Assembly: GCA_964437755.1 (NCBI GenBank)
Contig: CAYTIA010000003.1
Span: 7,641-71,640, forward strand
Direction of reading: 5' to 3'
Origin: an uncultured Pseudomonadales bacterium
GTDB taxonomy: Bacteria; Patescibacteriota; Microgenomatia; UBA1400; PJMF01
Length of the DNA stretch: 64,000 nt
The stretch's first letter is position 1, and each line of letters opens with the position of its first letter. The position numbers and the translations under genes are program-made. Under the pieces are notes generated by a model. The model did no database searches. It saw only the letters and a list, made by a program, of their open reading frames with translations, and had not been told where the DNA came from. Of the stretch, positions 56,440 through 64,000 are shown piece after piece.

Positions 56440-59400
56440 TTAATTTTGAGCAAATTTTATTGCAATAAACCCAGATCCCATGTCGCTAGTTACCACAATC
56501 TGATTCTCATTAACCTCAACTAATGGAGAGATTAGTTCTGATCTTAGTTTTTCGGAATGATTGACGCTGATTGAAGATAATCTATTCTTAACACCAGGCT
56601 GAGGTTGCTCAAAATAGAAATATGAGCCACCCTTTTTAACGACGTGAGGAGTAGAGTAGAGTAGAGTAACGGTTTTTTCCGATCCTGCTGGAATATCCAC
56701 CAACATTCCCACAACAGTTCGTCCATGTTGTTGATATAATTTTATAAATTCTCTAGGTACTTCTCCTCCATCAATTAGTATCTTTTCTAGAACGGCTGAT
56801 TTATTAATATAAAACCTAATATATGTCTTGTAGTTCCCAAGCGGCCAAACATTTGAGTGAGATTTATTATTATATTTAATCTGTCTTTCATGAAATACCC
56901 CCTGGTCTTTAATATTTATTGTGTGATTAATTTGACTGGTTACATACTGATTAACTTTATTGACACCGACATTTGCTTCAACTTGATAAAGATAATCTGT
57001 TTCACAATTATCACTAAATCTAGTGGGGCAGCTTGGTTCTAGTATTGAGCCGGTCCAGCCAAGTTTATTTATAGAACTATTGAGAAGAGAGCTTGAAAAA
57101 TATAAGCCTGTTTGTTGATTTTTTAATGATTCATAGAACACATCTTGAACCTTTATTATTTCATCGTCTGACGCATTTTTTATCTTATTTAAAACTGCGT
57201 CTAAAATAGCTGTGTGAAAACTTTTTTCTAGATTATATTCTTTTTCTTCATGAGCCTTTTGTTCTAACCTAGAAAATAAATTTGAAGAAGTAATGGTTTC
57301 GCCATACTCTTCAAGATGTATTTCTCCAAAAATAATTAATAATTCTCTGATTATGTCGTAATTAATTGTTATTATTCCATCAATAGGTTGATTAATTGAC
57401 TCTTTAAGAAACCAGGAAATTTGAGAGGCTGATGTACTTAAATCTGGATCCCAGTTAGCATCCCTAAGATGTAGTCTGGGTTCTCCCAAATATTCTTCTA
57501 CTTCTGGTATAGATGCTATGTCACCAAGAACTTTTGAGTCTAACCATCCTGTTGTATATATTTGTTGATCCACCAATCTTCCTTCCTCGAGAGTTAATGC
57601 TGCAATAGCTTGAATAAAGCCACCAGTTGGTCTAAGCTCCTGGTTATCTTGGAGAAGAATATAGTATTTTTTTCTATCATTTACTGCCAGTAGATCTGGT
57701 AATAGCGAGCCCAGCTGTGTACTTGATTGCAATTTGTTATTAATTATTCTTAAGTTTTCTATTTGTTGTTCTGTGCCTGCCTGGATTTGTGTGTCCAAGC
57801 TTTGCAGGTTAATATTTTTAATTTCAGCCTGAAAAACCAATATTTGCTCCGATAATCTTTCAACCATCTCTTGGTAATCGTTTAACAGTTGGAAGTAGTC
57901 TCCCTTTTGCAAAAGTTTTCCCTCACCCTGTGGGTTGATACTAAAAATTTGTCTATATATATTTATTGATTGAAGGTTTAAAGCCTTAGACAGAGTGGAG
58001 GTTTGTGCAAGCAGGTGATTTAATTCAGATAAGTCTCTACTTTTGTCTATTAATTGAATATCAAAAAATTTATCCAAGAAATTTGCCTGCCAATCAAGTG
58101 TTGAAATATTTGATACATCATCATATTCTTTATTATTAAAAGCCAATAAATTTTGATTTGTTAGACGCTGAGCTCTATGATAATTTATGGCCAAACCCAT
58201 TATTGAAAATGCAATCACCACTCCAAAAATAAAAACAATTAAGCCAATAAAAAAAATGGCTTGTTTGTTTTTGCTTTTTTTCTTAATTCTAGAGATTATA
58301 TTTACCTTTTCCGATCGGCGAGTGGTTTTTTGTTCAGCTCTTTTTTGAGAAAAGAGTTTACTTATTTGATTATCTGAAATATTTTCTTTTATTTTAGGGT
58401 TTTGATTATTTTTTAGTAATTTCTTTTTATTTTCTTTAATTGATATATCATAATTTTTTATGGTTTCTTGCGCATTTGTTTTTTCCAAAACTTGACTTTT
58501 ATTTAAATAGTCTTGAGAAATGTTTGCTCCTATTGGTTCAAATTTAAAATCTGCCCCAGAGCTTTTAAATGGCTTTGATAGCTGAGTTTGAAAAGAGTGG
58601 GAAGTTTTCTTTATTTCTACTATTTTTTGGGGGTTTATTCCAAGTTTCTCTATGTTTATGTTTTCTGTTAAGTGTAAAGCAATTTTTTCAATGTCTGAAG
58701 GAACTGTCACTTCAATAAGTTTCTCGCACCCAACAAACCTTGAGTCTGATAAAGATACTGTTTCGAGATCAAGGTTTACTAAATCTTTACCATATATTTC
58801 TTTATATTTTAGCCCCACCTTTAATAACAACTCCTCTGAACTTACATAAGACCCCCTCACCAAATAGCTGCTTGTGTCTGGATTAATCAACTCTTTTGCA
58901 ATCGTTTTAAAATAGTCAGCCTCTTCAATGGGAGAAAGTTCTGTTTGAGGATCTAATAAATATCCGTTTGGGATTGCTTGGAAAAGTGTCTGATAAGGCT
59001 GAGTAAAAGAATTGTTTTCTACAATTACATCTTGTCCTATTAATACTTTTGATTTTTGAAACTCGTTAATTGTCTTATTAATAAAACAGTCCTCATGTTC
59101 CAGTTGTTTTTTCCATACACTTAAACTGTCTTCATTCGTGTTAATTCTTGATGAGATTCTAACAACAAAAATTATTGGTATATCAATTTTTTTTAAATAA
59201 TTTAGTAACTCAATATTTTCTTGTATTCCACAATCAAACTGTTGCTCAAAATTAGCAACTACAATTATTTTAAAAAACTGGTTTTGTTGTAAGAGTGAAT
59301 TAATAAAGTTACTACTATTCAGATGAAAAAGGGGAGTGGTTACAACAGCAATTTGTTTAGTATATAAATACTCGACAATTCTTCTGGATAAAGAGGATTC

Positions 59401-59460
59401 CTGAGCTACTAAAAGTATTTTTAATTCTTGATCAAATGATTCAACTTGAAGGACAGACAT
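56440..59460 (-). CDS. DUF4012-domain membrane protein with large N-terminal cytoplasmic region
   Basis: YYILLQDNQELRPTGGFI, LRDANWDPD, IDGII, EANVGVNKVN; one central TM. Confidence 0.85.
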   Translation of the reverse strand: MSVLQVESFDQELKILLVAQESSLSRRIVEYLYTKQIAVVTTPLFHLNSSNFINSLLQQNQFFKIIVVANFEQQFDCGIQENIELLNYLKKIDIPIIFVVRISSRINTNEDSLSVWKKQLEHEDCFINKTINEFQKSKVLIGQDVIVENNSFTQPYQTLFQAIPNGYLLDPQTELSPIEEADYFKTIAKELINPDTSSYLVRGSYVSSEELLLKVGLKYKEIYGKDLVNLDLETVSLSDSRFVGCEKLIEVTVPSDIEKIALHLTENINIEKLGINPQKIVEIKKTSHSFQTQLSKPFKSSGADFKFEPIGANISQDYLNKSQVLEKTNAQETIKNYDISIKENKKKLLKNNQNPKIKENISDNQISKLFSQKRAEQKTTRRSEKVNIISRIKKKSKNKQAIFFIGLIVFIFGVVIAFSIMGLAINYHRAQRLTNQNLLAFNNKEYDDVSNISTLDWQANFLDKFFDIQLIDKSRDLSELNHLLAQTSTLSKALNLQSINIYRQIFSINPQGEGKLLQKGDYFQLLNDYQEMVERLSEQILVFQAEIKNINLQSLDTQIQAGTEQQIENLRIINNKLQSSTQLGSLLPDLLAVNDRKKYYILLQDNQELRPTGGFIQAIAALTLEEGRLVDQQIYTTGWLDSKVLGDIASIPEVEEYLGEPRLHLRDANWDPDLSTSASQISWFLKESINQPIDGIITINYDIIRELLIIFGEIHLEEYGETITSSNLFSRLEQKAHEEKEYNLEKSFHTAILDAVLNKIKNASDDEIIKVQDVFYESLKNQQTGLYFSSSLLNSSINKLGWTGSILEPSCPTRFSDNCETDYLYQVEANVGVNKVNQYVTSQINHTINIKDQGVFHERQIKYNNKSHSNVWPLGNYKTYIRFYINKSAVLEKILIDGGEVPREFIKLYQQHGRTVVGMLVDIPAGSEKTVTLLYSTPHVVKKGGSYFYFEQPQPGVKNRLSSISVNHSEKLRSELISPLVEVNENQIVVTSDMGSGFIAIKFAQN

Positions 59461-59508
59461 GAAACAATAATAACCTATCCATAAATACTAGTCGACAGCA
59501 GGAACTCA

Positions 59509-59958
59509 CTAACTATCTGATGCTAAATCAATAGCTTGATTGGCCAATCTATCTGCCTCTTGATTCAAATCTCTCTCTACATGAACAAACTTAGTCTGAA
59601 TCCCCATCTCTTGAATTTGTTTTTTACACTTAGTTGCCAAACCCATCATTCTTTCGTCCTTAATTTTCCAGCGATCTGACATTTGTTCAACAACAAGCTT
59701 TGAGTCTAAATAAAATATTACTTGTGAGCTTGCTATTTGCTCAGTGCTCAGTTTTTTATTAATTAGTTGATGAAGATGACGAGTCGCCAGCAAAAGAGCT
59801 AAATATTCAGCTTCATTGTTTGTTTTTTTTCCTAAAAATACTGAAAGGGAGTGAGTGTTGGAAAAAAGATTAATTAAAACTCCCGCTCCTGCTAAACCAG
59901 GATTTCCTCTGGAAGCTCCATCTGTAAAAACCTCAATAAGATTACTATTTTCGATCAT
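59509..59958 (-). CDS. rnhA: Ribonuclease HI
   Basis: FTDGASRGNPG, TNNEAEY, DSKLVVEQ, N..AD.LAN. Confidence 0.93.
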   Translation of the reverse strand: MIENSNLIEVFTDGASRGNPGLAGAGVLINLFSNTHSLSVFLGKKTNNEAEYLALLLATRHLHQLINKKLSTEQIASSQVIFYLDSKLVVEQMSDRWKIKDERMMGLATKCKKQIQEMGIQTKFVHVERDLNQEADRLANQAIDLASDS

Positions 59959-59980
59959 ATATACAATCTATTAAAATCCA

Positions 59981-60466
59981 TTAACTATTCTCTTCGTTTT
60001 CCGGAAGATCTTCTTTTAAACAAATTGTTAAATATCGATGTGGACCCACCGAGGTAGAGTAAGATCCCACTTTTTCAAACTCTTTATTTTCTGCAATGGC
60101 TGAATGAATTAAATATCTTTCGTAAGAGTTAAGATCATATAGGGTTTGTGGTTGACCTGTTTCTGCAACGGTATTAACAACCTCAATTGCCTGATCAATT
60201 AATAATTGCTCTTTTTCTTTTAAATAGTTATTAATATCAAAAACCAGTCTTTTTCCTTCAAGTTCTTCAAAAAAGGTTGTATTAAGAATTGATCGTATTG
60301 CTCTCAATCCCTGTCCCCTGGAGCCAATAAATAAGCTTTCTTTTTCTTTAGGAATATTTAAAAGAATCTCTACTCGAGACTCTCCTTCATCGCTTTTAAC
60401 TTCAATTTCATCTTCTTCCAAACCCATAAAATAACAAAGTTTAATTAAATATTCTTGTATTGTCAT
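59981..60466 (-). CDS. jag: Jag/KhpB-like RNA-binding protein (KH + R3H, no Jag_N)
   Basis: IGSRGQGL (KH), NSYERYLIH (R3H); downstream of yidC. Confidence 0.82.
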   Translation of the reverse strand: MTIQEYLIKLCYFMGLEEDEIEVKSDEGESRVEILLNIPKEKESLFIGSRGQGLRAIRSILNTTFFEELEGKRLVFDINNYLKEKEQLLIDQAIEVVNTVAETGQPQTLYDLNSYERYLIHSAIAENKEFEKVGSYSTSVGPHRYLTICLKEDLPENEENS

Positions 60467-61245
60467 TTTTTTGCTTTCTTTAATGATTTATTATGATTAA
60501 TTCTTAATAGCAACAAACCTCTCTCCCAATAGGTTTTCAATCCTCCGGGACCAGATACAACATACTGCTGGATAATTGCAAATATATTAGCGACAACCCA
60601 ATAAACTGCTAGTCCGGAAGGAAATCTTAATGCTATGAAAGCTGTCATAAAAGGCATCATGAAAATCATCTGTTTTTGCATGCTTCCAGCCATACTTGCC
60701 ATATCTTCCTCTTTTTTGTTTTCTTCTTGGATTTTTTTACTTTTTGATTTATTAGGAACAATATCTCTTACTTCACCACCTGGCGAAATCATTATTGACA
60801 TTACAAACTGAGACAATCCCGCCAATATTGGAAGGATGTAAATTGGATCTGGTTGAGTTAAGTCTAGCCATAAAAATGAGGTATTTATTTGAATTCCATC
60901 TATTGTTCCATTAACTAAAAAAGTGTTTAAAGATCTATATAGTCCCAATAAGATAATAATCATCAATATCTGGGGTAAACAACCCGATAGAGGATTAATA
61001 TTATATTTTTTATAAAGCTCAAGCTGAGCTTGTTGCAAGCCCTTTTGATCATTTTTGAATTTTTTCTTTAATTTATTCAGTTCGGGAGAAATATCTCTCA
61101 TTTTCTTTTGAGCTTTAATACTTGGTAAGGAAACAGGAAGAATTAAGCTTTTAATAATAACCGTCATCGCAATAATTGAAAAACCCAGGTTTCCCAGAAC
61201 TGAATATAAAGAGGTGAGTATTAAGGTAAAAAATTGTTCTAACAT
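60463..61245 (-). CDS. yidC: Membrane protein insertase YidC
   Basis: LYKKYNINPLSGCLP, FLWLDL..PDP.YILP, PSGLAVYW. Confidence 0.95.
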   Translation of the reverse strand: MLEQFFTLILTSLYSVLGNLGFSIIAMTVIIKSLILPVSLPSIKAQKKMRDISPELNKLKKKFKNDQKGLQQAQLELYKKYNINPLSGCLPQILMIIILLGLYRSLNTFLVNGTIDGIQINTSFLWLDLTQPDPIYILPILAGLSQFVMSIMISPGGEVRDIVPNKSKSKKIQEENKKEEDMASMAGSMQKQMIFMMPFMTAFIALRFPSGLAVYWVVANIFAIIQQYVVSGPGGLKTYWERGLLLLRINHNKSLKKAKK

Positions 61246-61305
61246 ATTCTTATTTTAGTTAATATATCAAAAACTCGGCTCATTTTTTTTAAATAAACTT
61301 ATTAA

Positions 61306-61509
61306 TCAGCTACCAAAACCAATACATAAAATAATTCTTTTTAATCCCATGAAAAGTCCGAGTAGTCCTTTCATTTTAATACTTTCAGCCATATAGACGC
61401 TGCAAGTAGGGGTATGTTTACATGGTGTAATAAACCCAAAATTAGCAACTAAAATTTGATCTTTGGCCTCCCTTAAGTAGTAATAGACTTTTTTAACGAG
61501 ATTATTCAT
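61306..61509 (-). CDS. yidD: Membrane protein insertion efficiency factor
   Basis: CKHTPTCSVY..E...KG...G...G.KRI..C; position between rnpA and yidC. Confidence 0.85.
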   Translation of the reverse strand: MNNLVKKVYYYLREAKDQILVANFGFITPCKHTPTCSVYMAESIKMKGLLGLFMGLKRIILCIGFGS

Positions 61510-61515
61510 TTATTA

Positions 61516-61863
61516 CTAAAAATTTTGTTTAAATAAAGAATTTAAAACTCCAGTTAGTTCTTCTTTAAAAAACTGTTTGTTTTCTCCAGTTGTTTTAAAG
61601 TCTTTCGTTGTAACAATTAACAGTTCTATTTTTTTGCTTAATATTTGGTGAGATTCTAAAACAGAATAGATAATTCTTTTTATTTTATTTCTTCTAGAAG
61701 CCTTTAAAACATTCTTTTTAGGAATAGACGTTCCAAACTTAAACAAGTTACTTAATGATTTTCTTGAGTAAGCAGCAAAGTGTTTTGTTTCAATCGCTCT
61801 ATGTCTAAAAATAAATCTGTCAGTAGGTTCACTTAAATTTAGTCTTTGACTCTTGGGGAGCAT
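61516..61863 (-). CDS. rnpA: RNase P protein component
   Basis: MLPKSQRL, FGTSIPKK..KASRRNKIKR. Confidence 0.9.
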   Translation of the reverse strand: MLPKSQRLNLSEPTDRFIFRHRAIETKHFAAYSRKSLSNLFKFGTSIPKKNVLKASRRNKIKRIIYSVLESHQILSKKIELLIVTTKDFKTTGENKQFFKEELTGVLNSLFKQNF

Positions 61864-61871
61864 TATCTAAA

Positions 61872-62033
61872 TTACTTATATCTTTTATTAATAGTCTTTG
61901 TTAGCTCTTTTCTTTGTTTATTTCTTCTCTTTTTTACTACTTTTAATCCTCCAATTTTATCTCTTACTCTTGCAAAAAAGCCGTGAGTTCTAATTCTTTT
62001 TCTTTTTTTAGGCTGATATGTTCTTTTTGTCAT
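61872..62033 (-). CDS. rpmH: 50S ribosomal protein L34
   Basis: [22 protein letters not shown]; true start ATG 62033. Confidence 0.95.
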   Translation of the reverse strand: MTKRTYQPKKRKRIRTHGFFARVRDKIGGLKVVKKRRNKQRKELTKTINKRYK

Positions 62034-62158
62034 ATGTGTTTTTTTTTTATAAAAAATTATCTTAGTAATCAAAAGAGGTTGAATTATAAGATACATTCAT
62101 ATATTTATCAATCACTCCTTATAATTTTAGATTTAGTATTTTAATTTAAAAAATATTT

Positions 62159-63334
62159 TTATTGATTAACTCTAAAAGGCATCACTATATATTTAAAACT
62201 ATCATTACCATTGATTAGGAACATTGCTGGTTTTAAGCTGTCATTTAATCTCATCTCAACAATCCCAGGCTTACAACTGTTTAAAAAATCTAAAATATAA
62301 TTTACATTAAAAGCAATCTGAAAAAAGTCGCTAGCATTTGCTAGCAAAGGCAGTTTTCCCACGTAGCTACCTTTTGACATAGAATTTGATTCTATCTCGA
62401 TGTTTGAATAATCTTGTTTTATTTCACTATTTTTGTCTGAAAGGGATTCATTTTTTACAACTACAATGTTTGAAGCTTCTTTGGCTAAAATAGCAGCTCT
62501 CTTTAATTCTTCCTGAAATCCTTCTCCATCAAAAGAGATGCTCATTAAGAAACTCTCAGGAACAATTTTTTCATAAGGAGGATACTCTCCCTCAACTAAT
62601 CTGACATAAACATCACTCTCACCAACCTCAAATCTTAGCTGTTTTAATTCTTCTTCAGCAAAAATTGTTATTTTCTCCACCTCAGACTGAAGAGCAATTT
62701 TATAAACCTCAGAAAAATACCTAGATGGAACCAATATTTCTTCTTCAGATTTTGATTCACTTACAACATTTGGTAGATCTAAAATAGCTAGCCTAAATCC
62801 ATCAGTAGCAACAGCTTTCAAACCTTTATTTGTTAATTTTATTAGTAGTGTAGTAAGAATTGGTCTAGCTTGATCAATCCCCGCGGCGAAACAAACAAAC
62901 TTATCAATTTTACTCATTGTATCTAGATCAAGAACCATTTTTTTAGAATCTATTTTAGGAAAATCTGGATAATCTTTTGGATCCTGAATTGGTATAAGAG
63001 CAGTGCTTCCATTTGAGTTGATCTTCATCTTTCCTTCTTCTATAACAATATCTAATGTTTCTGATTTTAATGAGTTAACTATGTCTTTAAACACATGTCC
63101 TGGTATAGCAGCATTTAATTCTTCTTTTGCTGAGGTAATAACTCTAGACTGAATTCCAAAATATAAATCTGTAGAACTAAGTAATAACTTTCCTTTTTCA
63201 AGTTTTAATAATACTGATGAAAGAATTGGTAATTGAGGATTGTTGGGAACAATCTTTTGAACAAATCTAAGAGCTTTTAACAAAGACTCTCTTTGAAGCT
63301 TAATTATTGTTAATTTACTATTTATAGACGGCAT
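62159..63334 (-). CDS. dnaN: DNA polymerase III beta clamp
   Basis: PILSSVLL, STDL, DYPDFP, VATDGFRLA, RLVEGEYPPY, IAFNVNYILD, YIVMP. Confidence 0.96.
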   Translation of the reverse strand: MPSINSKLTIIKLQRESLLKALRFVQKIVPNNPQLPILSSVLLKLEKGKLLLSSTDLYFGIQSRVITSAKEELNAAIPGHVFKDIVNSLKSETLDIVIEEGKMKINSNGSTALIPIQDPKDYPDFPKIDSKKMVLDLDTMSKIDKFVCFAAGIDQARPILTTLLIKLTNKGLKAVATDGFRLAILDLPNVVSESKSEEEILVPSRYFSEVYKIALQSEVEKITIFAEEELKQLRFEVGESDVYVRLVEGEYPPYEKIVPESFLMSISFDGEGFQEELKRAAILAKEASNIVVVKNESLSDKNSEIKQDYSNIEIESNSMSKGSYVGKLPLLANASDFFQIAFNVNYILDFLNSCKPGIVEMRLNDSLKPAMFLINGNDSFKYIVMPFRVNQ

Positions 63335-63726
63335 TATTTTTTTTTATCTTAGTTGTATTTAGGAAACTTAATAGTTTATCTTATCACGATTAATATAATT
63401 TAAGAAAAATAAGAACTATAAAATTTTATTTATTTATTTCTTTATATAAATTTATATTAATAAAAAGTAATAGTAGTAATAGGCTGTGTGTAAATGTGAA
63501 TAAAAGTTATCTAATAGCCTTTAAAAATGTTAATTTTGAAGTTAATAAATGTAACTAAAATGTTAATATTTAAGTATATAAACTGTTAATACTAAAGTGG
63601 AAAAAATAAGTTGTTAACAATTATTATTTTTTCTTCACAATGTTTTCGATATGTTATTAACAAAGTTATTTACATACTTTTCCACAATTGTGAATAAATC
63701 ATTGTTTATTTTGTTAAAAATCTAAT
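63335..63726. promoter_or_regulatory. Chromosomal replication origin oriC (dnaA-dnaN intergenic)
   Basis: DnaA-box variants TGTGTGTAA 63485, TGTGAATAA 63495 and 63689, TTCTTCACA 63631, TTATTTACA 63666, TTTTCCACA 63678; trios GTAATAGTAGTAATA (63467-63481) next to a GGC cluster; AT-rich flank. Confidence 0.88.
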
Positions 63727-64000
63727 TTATTTTGATATAGCAAGTAATTCTTTTCTAAGCTCTTGATAATCATTAAGAATGAGTTCGTCGTTCTTTAAAG
63801 ACTCTTCAATTTTTTCTCTTGCATGCATTATTGATGTATGGTCTCTATTAGAAAACCACCTACCAATTTCAACATATGACATGTCTAAATCATTCTTTAG
63901 AATATACATAGCCATGTGTCTAGCTTCGATAATTTCTTTATTTCTTCTTTTACCCTTAATGGCTGCTTGATTAACTTGGTAATGTGAACAAACCTTTTTA
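63727..64000 (-). CDS. dnaA: Replication initiator DnaA, domain IV (5' part outside window)
   Basis: Frame open to the window edge: GKRRNKEIIEARHMAMY..SYVEIGRWFSNRDHTSIMHA..KI. Confidence 0.95.
   Translation of the reverse strand, partial: KKVCSHYQVNQAAIKGKRRNKEIIEARHMAMYILKNDLDMSYVEIGRWFSNRDHTSIMHAREKIEESLKNDELILNDYQELRKELLAISK

Overview
This AT-rich window (standard genetic code) comes from a bacterial chromosome next to the replication origin. The gene repertoire points, by inference, to a Patescibacteria/CPR organism, probably Microgenomates: a tandem VirB2/TrbC-like pilin array, DUF4012, DUF5654, a VirD4-like ATPase, an ATP-dependent DNA ligase, a short ValRS and Cys/PT-rich surface proteins. 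1-18 kb: surface-glycan locus with two O-antigen ligase/polymerase-like proteins, about ten glycosyltransferases, a plant-type GT75/UDP-arabinopyranose mutase homolog and Wzm/Wzt; two GT4 paralogs share 1070 identical bp. 18-25 kb: two Cys/PT-rich surface proteins, a tRNA-Ile with the rare UAU anticodon and a MacAB-like exporter. 25-42 kb: prs broken by one in-frame TAG at the conserved Gln, then a GT-C protein, VirD4-like ATPase, GH3, MFS, pth, ligase, Fic, NnrD and recF. 42-46 kb: an ECF sigma operon divergent from seven pilins, one of which has its own promoter, SD and terminator. 46-53 kb: uppS-idi divergent from an ispH-dxr-ispD-ispF-ispE-ispG (MEP) operon that lacks dxs and has an altered Dxr. 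53-64 kb: valS, rplY, DUF4012, rnhA, jag, yidC, yidD, rnpA, rpmH, dnaN, oriC (DnaA boxes plus DnaA-trios) and the 3' end of dnaA. The best leads are the dxs-less MEP module, the pilin array, the GT75 mutase, tRNA-Ile(UAU), the homogenised GT4 pair, the amber-interrupted prs and apparently widespread leaderless promoters, including a zero-gap divergent gene pair. All family calls come from motif recognition by eye; no database search was run.
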